From the NCBI GenBank assembly GCA_030704615.1, contig CM060732.1, forward strand, positions 45,570,001-45,634,000: a DNA stretch of 64,000 nt. The letters are read 5' to 3'. This DNA is from Takakia lepidozioides (taxonomy: Eukaryota; Plantae; Bryophyta). Position 1 is the first letter of the stretch, and each line of letters opens with the position of its first letter. The notes under the pieces are model-generated. The model was given only the letters and a program-made list of their open reading frames with translations, was not told where the DNA came from and made no database searches. The position numbers were made by a program, and so were the translations under genes. This document shows, piece after piece, positions 46,473-59,388 of this stretch.

Positions 46473-49400
46473 ATGACGGCTTTTTCACTCCACCACGCAT
46501 GGGCTCCCGCTCAGGATGCTGCACAGCAGTGCTCTTCCCTCCTTTTCCTCCTTTTCCCCTCTGCCGTATGCTCATTTTTGCTCCTCGAGACGCTCTTCCG
46601 GATGTCGTATCCTCACTCCTATCCGTGTGCAAGTGGGCATTGCCGAAACCTACTGGAGATTGTGCGAGCAATTTGGATCTCATCGCCAATAATAATCATG
46701 GAAGAATGCAAGTGCCTGATGCTTCTACGGCTACCCCTCCTGTGCTCACGCTCTCAATTCCACAGGTACTTGCAGCTCTTTCATGCCGAGACGGAAAGGG
46801 TGCGGGAAGAGTGGGGGGTGAAGTGAATGCATAATTTGGATGTTGGTCCATATGCATTTGTTCTTGTGCATTATTCATGTTATTGGCTCCCCTGTACAGC
46901 TGAATAAATTGAATTCATCAAGTTCGCCAAGCTGTAGCACGTGAACAAAGGAATTGAATAGATGCGTTCATCTCTACAATTATGTTGGCGGCTGCAATGT
47001 GATCAAGTAATCAAGATGCATCAATGTCTGAGAAATATCTATCAGTTGTTGCTTTTAGCTTCTTACATTTTGGTGGATGACATGGCAATAGGTAATACTC
47101 GAGAGATTGGGGATGAATGCACAGGTGATGGGGGGCTTGATAAGCAAAACAAGTTTGACCCAGGCACAGACCGAGGAGGTGATGGAGGAGTTGCTCAGGG
47201 ATGGAAACCCTGCTGTCATTGGTGCCTTCCTTGTGTTGCTACGGGCAAAGGGTGAAACATTAGAAGAGGTTAGTAGTCATGGTTGGTGCGTCACTTGACG
47301 ATTGACACTGTACAGTTCTAAACTCTGGTGAAAGCACTTCGAAATCATTGTTGTTACGGTATCATACATTCTTGATGGAAGTGACATTTCTCCAGCATGC
47401 AGAATGTGTGCTAGCAAACATGATTGATTTGGACATTTGGGAGGCTATGGACAGATAACAGGGCTGGCAAGAGCAATGTTGAGTCGGGCTGTGCCACTGC
47501 GGGTGGTGGAGGGAGCTCTTGATATTGTGGGAACTGGTGGTGATGGGGCTAACACTGTAAACTATCCACTGGGGCCTCCATTTTGGCGGCTGCTTGTGGT
47601 GCAACCGTTGCCAAGGTGAATGTTGAGCTTATGCTCCAATATATAAGTTGCAAGTGGATCCAGAGGTGTAATCTGTAGTTCTGTACTTGATAAAACACAC
47701 CGTGGTACTTTTTGTCACAAGGAATTGGTTAGGGGTTTACACCAACAAACAACAAAATTATGGAGACCCTGCAATCACAGAGTTGGAGGGATGATCCAAT
47801 GTTTCTAATTAAAAAGCTTGCATTGATATCAGCATGGATCACGGTCAAGTTCATCAGCTTGTGGCAGTGCGGATGTACTGGAGACTCTTGGTGTAGCAAT
47901 TGATATGGGGCCTGAGGTTGTCCCTCACCCATCTTGGGTTCCTTAGGATGTGGATATTGAGAATTGTGAGCATTCAAAATTGGAAAGATGAGCTTGTGAC
48001 AGCTTACTCACATGACAAATAATATTCTTATTGCAGGATGCTGACATATCAATTGTGATTGTGGGAGTGGCCGAATGTGTAAGAGAGGTTGGAATCGGTT
48101 TCATGTTGGCTGCAAGATACCACCCAGTGATGAAAGTGGTGGCACCCATAAGAAAGGCCTTGAAAATAAAGACAGCATTCAACATTCTGGGCCCTATGCT
48201 CAATCCTGCTCGTGCTCCATACTCGATTGTGGGTGTATATCATGAAAATTTGGTGAGTTTAAAGTCACCGTGCATTGGATTGTCCCATGTTAAATCTGTA
48301 TGTATCATGGATATGAGAAGTGAGAAGTTTCCTGCCACTGTTCATCAACTTTAATGTGGCACCAGAGAGAGGAAGATGGGGACAGACAGAGGTGGAAAGG
48401 GTTTCCTTAGATGATGGGCAGGGCATAGTGTTGCGGTGCTTAAGATGGGATTTGGCTGTGTGAAGGTGGAGAAAATGGCCCAGGTGCTTCAACAATTTGG
48501 CACACAACGAGGGTTGGTTGTGCATTGCCAAGGATTGGACGAAATGAGCCCACTTGGTACCCTTTTTCTCCTAGGGTTTGCGATGCATTAAGGTAGTTTC
48601 ATTTGTGTGCGGTCTGCTTTTGTTTGTTGTCATAAATTGGCAAATCAGGAATGTGACACTATTGTGGTGCTTTGGTTGAGAGTGTGGCCTTCTAGCTATC
48701 TTTTCGAAAGGCAGATGCTGAGCATAGAAACTTTTTGAATTTGTTCAGCCAACGGGTGGTTGCTTGTTTGAACAGGTGGTGGGCGGATCCTGGAAGTTAA
48801 ACCAAACAAGATTCAATGCTTCCACTTTGACCCTTGTATGCACTCTCTGTTTGGTTTCTGTGTTTGTACTGTGTGATTCTACTTGTAGTCGTGCGTCCTT
48901 TGGACCTCACACCGACATCAAAATACTATTTCTTTCCTTCTTTCTCTCTGTTTGTGCTTAGAACTTAGTCAGACAATTTACATTTCATCAACTTCCAACG
49001 CCCTTGAATCAGCATATCTTCATTTTTAGGGTTTTCAATGGCAAAATATCATTTAATCATGCAAGTTTCTCCAGGAATGGGCTGGCTGCTAATCGCCTTT
49101 GTGGTGGCAGTGGACTTCGGAATTGCGCGGTGCACACTGGAAGACCTCAAAGGGGGGAGCCCAGCTTACAATGCTCAAATTTTGCGTGATGTCCTTGCTG
49201 GGGAACAGGGTCCCATAGCCGATGCTCTGGTGACCACTATTCTGTTGTCTCCCTATCTCCTGCCTTCTGGAATCTTTCCAGTAGCCCCAGGCATGTAAAA
49301 TCAATGGATGGAAGATCTGTAGCCATTGTAGCCATCGCAGCTTGCAAGTCTTTGTCTGTAATTTTGATATTTGGCTGCAGATACTAAATGCTGGAGCAGG

Positions 49401-50091
49401 ACTCATGGCTTGTGGAGTAGTGGAAGACTTAGGTGCTGGGGTGGCTATAGCCCATGAAGTGCAGCAATCAGGAACAGCTAACACCATGCTTGATGCATGG
49501 ATACACCTTTCTCAGGTTTGGATCTCCCCAACTCTCCCTCCTGTCTCTGCCCCCAAACTCCATCCAGGTTGGTCGATGGATATATTCTTTGCACCACTAC
49601 ACAATTGCAGTTGTGACATCAGGTCTAAATATTCAAGCCATCAGGAACCCTTTACCTAGATTGTCATTTGTTTGTGAGGAAGGTTTATACCTGGTGAAGT
49701 AGCGTCCAGCTGGGACTATCCCTTCCAGATAACAATTAGCAAGAGAAGCAGGGAATGGTTGAGTGCATTTTGTTTCCCCCCTCCTTATTCTGACTCCTGC
49801 ATTTGTATGCATGGCATATAGGTTAAATTTCTTTTGAACCTAAACATGAGAGAGGAAACAGAAAACCAGAGCCAGAGATAAGAACTATTGTTCGAGTGAT
49901 AGTCTAATGGTGAGTGCCTCGTGCAGGTAAGCTGCCAAGCATTTCTCATCTTTGGATAGATATACTTTTTGCATCCATCCAGGTCCCTAATAAATTAAGG
50001 CATGGGCTCTGTCCTGATTTTTTTTTTTTGGCAATCACAGGAGAAGCAGAAGAAAGCAGGCAAGTTTGCCAAAACAGTGAAAGCTACTTAA
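46473..50091 (+). pseudogene. trpD: Anthranilate phosphoribosyltransferase gene (about 10 exons) with a frameshift
   Basis: Exons read [54 protein letters not shown]...[40 protein letters not shown] and LNAGAGL. A 1-nt deletion at ~47562 (AAC TA TCC ACT for N-I-S-T) shifts the frame. The start codon is uncertain. Confidence 0.8.
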
Positions 50092-50385
50092 ACAACGCCG
50101 AAAGAGCCATGTGGGTGCCAATCTGCCACAGCCAGTGAGCTCGCCGATGTGTGGGATGAAGAGTAGACAATGCGCAAAAGCTCAAACCTGTGCCTTGCCA
50201 TAATCCGGATCTGATTCACAGCCAGCTTCTCTGGTGATGTAAGGCCTGGGACTGACACAATGGGCCTCCTCACTGAGAGTGAGGGACTTCAAAAGATTAG
50301 GATTGGTTGTAAATTAGTTCCAATCTTTTTCTGTAATGGAGTGTTTGGTTTGCTTGATCTTCAGACCATTCGTAAGTCTGTTCTG

Positions 50386-50716
50386 GTTATTGGATAAATA
50401 AGAACAAGTGATCCCAGTCTTATTTCCTAGACAATGGCTACTCTAGTTCTCCCTGGAGGTGCCACATGAACTCTCTCTCCTGCTCAGGGATGTCTAAACC
50501 ATTAAACGGTGAACATTGTATTGAGCTCATAGTCAATTCCAGGTTCATCATTGAACATGCATACAAGTGTATTTGTTCAAGGATAAACTGATAGAACAAT
50601 TAAATGTATACATTTAAGGATGAACTGTGAAATTCCTTTTAATGTAGATCATTACAGTGAGCTCTGTACAAAGCTTCTAAGATCAGAATAACTCGACGCT
50701 TTGAAATTTCACAGCT
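50386..50716. repeat. ~330-bp repeat with an inverted partner at ~58835-59154
   Basis: For example aagcttctaagatcagaataactcgacgctttga here versus tcaaagcgtcgagttattctgatcttagaagctt at ~58847. Confidence 0.9.
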
Positions 50717-50865
50717 CAACCTCCCTATGGTGTTCAGGCAGGCTTGTCCCATAAGCTCTATGAGCTTTCGGCGGACGTTATAAAGCACAATTTCATTTCA
50801 TTTCATTTCATTTCATCTGGGACTACGGGGAAGAAGACCAGGGGAGAGAGAGTGAGGTTTAGGGA

Positions 50866-52467
50866 ATGGCGGGCTACGAGAGTGCCGAAGGGGTGGTGGA
50901 GGAGATCGCCAAGCTGAGCGTGGAGCAGCTGCGGCAGGTGAAGGACCAAGTGGGTTCCGAGGTTTCGATGTTGCAAGACAGTCTCTCCAGTATACGCACC
51001 GCTGCTACACGCTTTGAGTTGGCCTCCACGGTCCTGCAAACATGCAGGAAAGAAGATGCTGGTGCCTTTGACTGCGTCGCTGTATGCCCCTGGCACTCTT
51101 ACCAATACGGACAGAGTGGGCACCGGCTAGGGAATTCCAAAAAGGCCTTGATGTGAAATGCATCGCAATTCACTTGATCACCCCCCTAAAAGTGCGCAAT
51201 TCAATTGAATTGCTAAAACTAGCTTGAAAACAACCCTAATTTGCAATTCAATTGAATTGTCTGCACATGATTCAATTGAATTGCGAATTGGCAATTCCAT
51301 TGAATTGCTAGTTGACAATTCAATTGAATTGTGAATTTGCAAATCAATTGAATTGCCAATTGAATTGCTGACTACAATTGAATTGAATTGTAATCTATAA
51401 TTTTTAACTTATTTTTGTATATAATATATAATATATATGTATATATATATTTAAATTATACTTATACACATATAAGAGTATAAGCTAAAAATACATGTTG
51501 CTCGTCTATTCTTGCTAGCCTCTTTCTTGTGCCCTTGAGGAAATTGTCATGGAGTTGTGAAGCCACCCTCAGCCTTAGCGAGAAAGGGAGAGCCAGAGAC
51601 GGAGAGAGATCAGTAGCTTCTTGTGATTCACTGGCAAAAGAAACATGGCTGACTCCGAAAGAAACAGACAAAATCAAACCTGACAATTGATGAAAGGCTT
51701 CCCCTGCATCACCATGTAGTCCCCTAACACTAGTATCTGGCCTAGGACAAAGAAAACAAATGTTCATCTTGAGAATTATCAAAAATAATATTGTTTCGAT
51801 ACCCTTACAAAGGTATCATGTTGAAGTTGGGGATGTGTGTTCCATATAAGTTTAATATATCAAATTCTTACACGTTGATACTCTTACATTGGTATCATGT
51901 TTGGTATATGTACATAGCCATATATTGGCACCAACATCCACAAAGAGAGACAATCCCGCTTTTACAAGCGCGCTTCGTGACTTCCTCTCTCTCTCTCTCC
52001 CTCTCGCTCTCCCTTAGGCTTATCTTGGGCTCAAGCCTTACCACGGCAAAGGGTTGACAAACGGACAGCAAGAATAGACGAGCAATATGTATTTTTAGCT
52101 TATACATGTGTATATGTATATGTATATAAATATGTACATATATATAATATATACAGAAATAAGTTAAAAATTATAGATTACAATTCAATTGAATTGTAGT
52201 CAGCAATTCAATTGATTTGCAACAATTCAATTGAATTGCAGTCAACAATTCAATTGAATTGTCAACTAGCAATTCAATTGAATTGCCAATTCGCAATTCA
52301 ATTGAATCATGTGCCGACAATTCAATTGAATTGCAAATTAGGGTTGTTTTCAAGCTAGTTTTAGCAATTCAATTGAATTGCGCACTTTTAGGAGGTGATC
52401 AAGTGAATTGCGATGCATTTCACATCAAGGCCTTTTTGGAATTCCCTACACCGGCTACTACATCGAA
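50866..52467 (+). pseudogene. PFD5: Prefoldin subunit 5 (alpha) exon, frameshifted and interrupted by a transposon
   Basis: LSVEQLRQVKDQV..EVSMLQDSL..IR, then KKMLVPLTASLYAPGTL in another frame. GTGYYIE followed by a GT donor resumes after the insertion at 52449. Confidence 0.8.
51128..52448. mobile_element. Foldback-type DNA transposon with ~390-bp TIRs
   Basis: Arms at ~51128-51516 and ~52067-52448 are reverse complements and contain arrays of the palindrome CAATTCAATTGAATTG plus AT microsatellite. The target sequence CACCGGC(TA) is duplicated (7-9 bp). Confidence 0.9.
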
Positions 52468-52810
52468 GTAATTCATCTTTGCACTGTCACCCTGCCTATC
52501 CCATAGAGATTTTTGTGGGCTTTCTTGCATAGAGAGGCTTTGCAACATGTTGAAGTCAATGGAGAAAATGTGGTCAAAGGACCTTACACCATGTCAAGGC
52601 TCCTATTGGTCCGATTGTGCTGAGTCACCTTCCTTTATGTTTTGCCAAAGCAAGAGAGCCCATTGCCGTTTTAGGCTTGTTTTAATTTTTATCAGTTTTT
52701 TTTTTTTTTTTTTTTTGGGGAACAGGGAAGTCCCTGGTTAATTTATTTAGTTGAAATCTTAATATGAAGGGCCTCCGTCCGTTTTTTATTTTTATTAGAA
52801 AGAATTGCAC

Positions 52811-53041
52811 TAGTGTAGCTGGTACCAGACCCTGACACATACTAGGCTGGTATGACTATTAAAAGTTTGTTTAATACCATACTAGTCTGATTTTCACTTT
52901 GATACCATACCATATACCATACCAGGCTATTAAATTTACACATCATTTGATACCCGTACCATACTGGTTTCAATAATTCAACTCTACCCCAATACCTTTA
53001 CCCTAGTGGTTTCAAAAAACCATGATACCAGTCCAACACTG
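52811..53041. mobile_element. hAT-like MITE related to 60156-60666
   Basis: About 220 bp colinear with 60448-60666, rich in atacca motifs, ending gtccaacactg; no clear TSD. Confidence 0.65.
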
Positions 53042-54005
53042 GTGGAATCCATAGCCATTACCTCTCCATCGATGTAGTCCACTTAATAATCTAATAATAT
53101 GTGACGCCGCCCCAGAGTAGGCTTCTCGTATGGGAGACAAATATCGGAAATAGCGTATCAACTCAGAGCTGGGCAGTTGTCGTGATCGAGGGCGATGATT
53201 TAAATACATACAAATCCATCGGCGTTGCAGATCCACGCAGCTGTTGATCGAGAGCTCCACGGATGGCGCTTGTGAGCAGGTTTGGGCAGATGCCGAGAGT
53301 GCAGGTGAACTCGGGGAGGGAGAGTTGCAACGTTGCTTAAGTATATAAGTTACTGTGGTTTCTGTCATCACGTCAAGGCTTCCTCTTCATCGCTCTGCTG
53401 CCCTACGCATTCTATTCGAGTGCTCCGCTCTAGTAGCAGCTGCAGGCCGGAGGACTGCAGAATGCTTCCCCAGCTCTAGAGCCCGCTCCATACTGGCATG
53501 TCGATTAATTGCCAAAGTGGTCTCCCGTTGTTCATCCCTCGCTGGACCCTCCCTACTAGTCATGCCTTTCAAAAGCGCCCTTGCTTATCTTCTCTTGTCA
53601 AACACCAGTCTTGCCTGCTTGTGCGATGCACAGCTAGCAGGGTAGAACAACAAGTTGGAAATGTACCCATTAAGAATCCCACGAATGATGAGATCGAGCT
53701 TCCACCTCTCGTCTCTTCCATGGTCATCGGAGGAGGCCTGCCACCTCGACAAACAGAGCATCTTTGTAGTTGACGCCGAGGTACGCCTGAGAAAATATTG
53801 GGAGCGCTGGCAGATCAACTCGTCGGAATCCTATTGTCGTCTGGGCATGGCGTCGGTCAGCTTTGTGTACAGCGGAGCCGTCAGTTCTGATCGTCTTGTA
53901 GCCGCAGCTATTGTATATGCCCTCACGTTTATTCTGGATGATCTTTTCTTTGATTGTCCAAACGACTTGCTCCTCGAGGAGTATGGCATCGATCGCAGTA
54001 TCCGT

Positions 54006-57000
54006 TGTTGAAAAACAAGCCTCGGACCTGAAACAATGCTTTGTTTATAGAAGCTCACCACCCAACCTTAGAACCACCACAAGCAAGAGTATGTCATAAA
54101 ACAACATTATGTGGTTCACCCCCGAGCTTCTTATATAGTTGTAGCTAGGCTAAAAGCAGTCTATAAGGACCTGCCTTTTTAAGCCTACTTTTTCTATCTA
54201 CAAAGTAGTCCCATAAATGGAATTACTTTTTCCTTTAAAAGCATCTCCAAACATAGAGTTACTTTTAATGTGTCTAACTTTGCTTGTTAATCAAGTTGTA
54301 GATTCGTTGAATATGGAGCTGCTTATTCCAACACTCCCTCTCAGCGAGATAAGCAAGCAATCTCAACCTTAACTAATCCCATCATAGTTTTGAAGCGCGA
54401 GGAAGTCCTTTGGTGAGCACATCGGCTACCATATTTTCACTACTGCAAAATATTAACTTGATTTCGCCATCCTCAACCTTATCACGAATAAAATGATGCC
54501 TCACATCAATATGTTTTGTACGCGCGTATGATAAGTTGGATTTTTCACAAGTGAAATACAACTCTGATTGTCCTCTTGAAGAGTTGTTGGATCTTCCTGT
54601 GGATAGCCAATCTCCTTCAATAACTTCCGAAGCCAAAATTGCCTCTTTCGTTGCTTGTGTTGCAGCCATATACTCAGCCTCAGTTGTTGATAATGCAATA
54701 GTTGGTTGTTTGTTACTGTTCCAACTAATGGAACTATTGGCCAAAATGAATGTATACCCGGTTATAGACCGGTGTGTATCAATACATCATGCATAGTCAG
54801 CATCGTTGAAACCAACCAAAGTTAGATCCTCTCGATCTTTCTGAGACTGAGTTAGGTTATACAACCCCAAACTCTAACTCCCTCTGAAGCGGAGACCGTG
54901 ATCAAGGGTTCCCTTCAGGTAACGGAATATCCGTTTCACCTCAATCCAGTGCTCTACAACAGGATTGGCCATGAACTGGCATACTGCTCCAATAGCAACG
55001 GCACTTTCAGGCCGTGTACCAACCATTGCGTACATGAGGCACCCCACAACACTCTGATACGGAATAGATCTCTCATCTTTTCTCAACCCTCAAGAGTTTG
55101 TGGGCTCATAGCTTTGGAGAGTCTTCTGTTCTGTACCATAGGTGTTCAAACAGGTTTACAATCTGTCATCCCAAATCTCATCATCTTGACCATTGAGATG
55201 TGATAACTTACCTTCAAATACCTTAATTGGAACATTAGATGTTCCTCCTCCCAAATTGATTGGTTCAGCCTTAAGCTCATCAGTACGCACATCAGTAACT
55301 GAATCTGATTCATCTTCAAGAGTTCCTTGAGTTTCATTGAAGATTACATCTCGACTATTGAAAACATATCGTTTGATGGGATCATAAGTCGATAATCTTT
55401 AGTCACTTCGCTATATCCCACAAAAAATGCATTTCCTTGCCTTTGCATTAAGTTTTGATCGTAACTCCCTAGGTATATGAGGATAAGCTTCACAATCAAA
55501 TATGCGATAATGTCCAACATAAGGTTTCTTTCCACTCCAAGCCTCTTCTGGAGTCCTACCTTTTACAGCCTTTGTAGGTACAAGATTAATGATATATATT
55601 CTCCCCCATTATCACTTCTCAAGGTCTTTAATAGTTTACCAGTATGGTAACTCTGAAAAAGCTTTGAATAACTTGAACTTATCAAAGATGTCTGATTTCT
55701 TTTTCAAAATATAGGTAAAAGTCTTTCTTGAGAAATCATCAATAAAAGTACCGAAGTATTTGCCTCCTCCAACGGAAGATGTTGGCATGGGTCCACATAT
55801 ATCAGAATGAACCAACTCGAGCAAGGCAGTGGCACGATTATCTCATGTAGTTGGAAAATGTTGACGATGGTGTTTTCCGTGAACACGTCCTTCACAAAAC
55901 GTCAACTAACATCTCGTGTGATATCCAAATTGTTCACAAATTTAGAATTGGCCATCAGCTGCAAATTTTGCACTCCAATATGACCAAGCCATTGATGCCA
56001 TAGATCAGCTTTGCTCCAATTGGATTCTGTTACATAAACTTTAAAAGGCGACCGTACATTTCCAGAAAATACATATAGTCTTCCTTCTTGAACAGAAATA
56101 ACGCTCCCTCTATTTCATGTACGTCCTTTGACCACTACCGCGATGGTCGTTTCTCACTTCTAGATACGAAATCCCACAAGTTTTTTTTTTTCTCGTTAAG
56201 AACAACCCTCATCCATGTCTAATAGTTTTCCAAACCTGTCAGCTTCTCGATAGATTGAGAACTCATAGAAGGAATCATATCTCTTTGTATGCCCTGACTG
56301 TAAACTCAAAGCACACAGAATGATGAAAAATTGTTTTGTACACAATATCAAACAACCACTATAACTCATCTCAAATGTTGTTTGTGTTTATCGTGTTGGA
56401 GACCTTGATGCAAATCTGTATAGTCCCGCACAAGATCTTACACACAAAAAACATACACACACTACAAGACAACCATATGTTCCCTGCAAGGACACCACGT
56501 ACACAGCCCAATGGATGTTCCCCGCAAGAACACCAGTACACAGCCCAATGGATATTCCTTGCAAGAACACCACGTACACAACCAAAATGGATGTTCCTTG
56601 CAAGAACACCACGTACCCAGCCCAATGGATGTTCCCTACAAGAACACCAATACACAGCCTGTACACAGCCAAACCGATGTTCCTACAAAAACACCTCACA
56701 AAGCCAAACCAAAAGCTCTGATACCATGTTGAAAAACAAGCCTGGGACCTGAAACAATGCTTTGTTTATAGAAGCTCACCACCCAACCTTAGAACCACCA
56801 CAAGCAAGAGTATGTCATAAAACAACTACTATGTGGTTCACCCCGAGCTTCTTATATAGTTGTAGCTAGGCTAAAAGCAGTCTATAAGGACCTACCTTTT
56901 TAAGCCTACTTTTTCTATCTACAAAGTAGTCCCATAAATAGAATTACTTTTTCCTTTAAAAGCATCTTCAAACATAGAGTTACTTTTAATGTGTCTAACT

Positions 57001-57054
57001 TTGCTTGGTAGTCAAGTTGTAGATTCGTTGAATATGGAGCTGCTTATTCCAACA
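54006..57054 (-). mobile_element. Internally deleted Ty1/copia LTR retrotransposon
   Basis: 328-bp TG...CA LTRs at 54006-54333 and 56727-57054; perfect TSD TCCGT; PBS TGGTATCAGAGC (tRNA-iMet) at 56726-56715; PPT at 54334-54345; fragments HSDICGP, PYQSVVGCLMY, LSTTEAEY and RTKHID. Confidence 0.95.
56477..56690. repeat. About five tandem ~38-bp units in the copia 5' leader
   Basis: atgttccctgcaagaacaccacgtacacagcccaatgg repeated with variation. Confidence 0.85.
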
Positions 57055-59228
57055 TCCGTGAGAGCCCTCGCAAAATCGGAGAGTTCCTCAACAACTTGAT
57101 CCTTCTCTACAGGCAACAAGAGGCTCCGTGCGATCCCACCCCGATCGAGGGGTTGATGTGGGAATTGGGTGAGGACTTGAGACGCTTGTCCAACCCGGAA
57201 TGGTTCAACGCTTTTACAGACGCTCTCGTCGGGTACTGCAGAGTGACCGTTGCCAGCCATGGTGACAGTGCAGGGGACCGCTCATATTTGCAAGACTTGG
57301 AGTCTTACACCAAAATGCGCCCCTGGAACTCCGGAGGCTTGTTTGGTTTGAATCTCGTGGAGCTTTGCAACAATGCCTTTCTTCCACACGAGGTGCGCGC
57401 GCAACCCCTCATCCAACAGCTGACCAACGCGGCCGTCCTTCAGATGGCTTTTATCAACGATATGTTCTCTTACCACAAGGAGGTGCAGGAAGAGAATCCG
57501 CGCAATCTAATCAGGGTGTTGATGGAATCTGAAGGCACACCGCTACCCCAAGCTGCGTGGAGAGCTGTGGACTTGGTGAACTCCTACACTCGCGTCGTCC
57601 TGGAGCTGGAGACGCAGTTGGCAGCGTGGGTGGGCGCGGAGCCTTGGGCCCATGCTGTGCGCCGCTACGTAGAAGGTGTGAAGGAGTTTTTGTCTGGCTG
57701 TATTCACTGGCAAAGCATGGACAAGCGCTACCGGCATTCTGACTCAGATTTCCCAGAGCTCAGGGCCATCACCAATGTCCATCAACAACTACAAGAGATA
57801 ATTTTAGAGCCTGATCAGATGCAGAACCTGCATCAACTTTGACAGATTGTACCGAACAATGCATCACAACACTTTCAATGTTCAACAAGTACGGTTCCTC
57901 ATATATATATGTCCGCATGCTTGATCTGCATAGTAGGACTTGATATATTTTCATATGTCATATGTAATGAGAGAGTGTTACATAGCATGTCAAAGCTAGA
58001 CATCAGACATTGCATTGAGTTGTGATTTTTGTGCTGATTTCTCTGCATAAAGATGTGGTTTTGGAGTGAACTATAGCCTAACTTTAGCTCACATTTGATG
58101 CACCTGGGTTCCACCACTGTCTGCAGCAGTGCCACTTCCAGATATGATTGTGTTGGACATACCCACAGTTCCAGCTTGTTGATAGGAATGGTCACTTTTT
58201 CCCAGCAATTTGGAAATGCCATGCAACTTGTTCAATCCTGGGGCCAAAAATTACATGCATTCTTCCTCCATCGCGTCCAGTGCCCACTAGTGATGGAGAA
58301 AGGCACTAGTTGCATGTAGAGAGGGAAGCACAAGCTTCAACCACTGCTTTAAAGAAACTGGCCCGAATTTGTATGCTGTATTAGCCCAAAAATCTCCTTT
58401 TGAACATTCTTGAAGTTTACTGCTTTCTTTGGGTCAACATTAAAACCAGCCTGAGAGTAACAAGAAAACAATGATGTGGTTCACTAACTACTTGCCGAAA
58501 TTGGCAGAGTGTTGTATGCATTTCATCAAGTTACAATTATGCTGACAAACCAATTGGATCGTGCACTACAGATACTTGAAAGTGAAGAAGAAGCGGGCAC
58601 CATCAATCATATTTTCCCTTCGCAATTTGTCATGAAGGGCACAATAGTAGAGAAATGTGCACAGTCACAACCATTTTTACCCTTCCCGGTCATTTTTACA
58701 GTCACAGGAGGGAAAAAGAAGGGGCAATACAAGTCAAGTGAATGGAGTTATGAGTGGAGATAGCAGGACTACACACTTACTCAGGCCCTTCAGAAGATAT
58801 TAGATCGCCTGCCTGAACACCATAAGGAGGTTCAGCTGTGAAATCTCAAAGCGTCGAGTTATTCTGATCTTAGAAGCTTTGTACTGAGCTCACTGTAATG
58901 ATCTACATTAAAAGGATTTTCGCAGTTCATCCTTAAATGTGTACATTTAATTGTTCTACCAGTTTATCCTTGAACAAATACATTTGTATGCATGCTCAAT
59001 GATGAACCTGGAGTTGACTATGACCTCAATACAATTAATGACTTAGACATCCCTGAGCAGGAGAGACCGTTGCGGCACTTCCAGGGAGAAGTAGAGTAGC
59101 CATTGTCTAGGAAATAAGACTGCGCGATCACTCAAGTTCTTACTATCCAATAACCCATAGACCGTGCGCCCAGTTTGGGCAGAACAAGAGGAAGAAAGAG
59201 AGAGAGAGGAGCATTGACAAGACAATGT

Positions 59229-59325
59229 GTATCAGGTTGGGCGACACATAGAAGGGATTCTCATAGCGTGTTTGACCACCAAAACTGCCACTGAACATCT
59301 TTATAGGGTACAAAACCTTGGGCCA
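59229..59325 (-). pseudogene. BRX1: Isolated exon fragment of the Brix-domain ribosome biogenesis gene
   Basis: GPRF, a frameshift, then PIKMFSGSFGGQTRYENPFYVSPN. Confidence 0.75.
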
Positions 59326-59388
59326 ACCTATCCAACCCAAGGCAACAATGTTAGCAAACAATCCAAGTGGAGCTCCTCCCTCAAGAAC

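Larger units (their letters stand above)
53498..57842 (+). pseudogene. Intronless microbial terpene synthase-like (MTPSL) gene disrupted by a copia insertion
   Basis: DDLFFD lies before the insertion; an R effector motif, NDMFSYHKE and WxxxxxRY lie after it. Removing 54006-57059 joins the halves in frame (...DRSIR|ESPRKIGEFLNNL...). A transit-peptide-like N-terminus from 53498 is one frameshift away. Confidence 0.9.

Noticed and set aside
56477-56690. CRISPR-like periodicity here and at 10335-10645 and 59755-59890
   Set aside because: These are head-to-tail tandem repeats without unique spacers, in eukaryotic transposon context with no cas genes.
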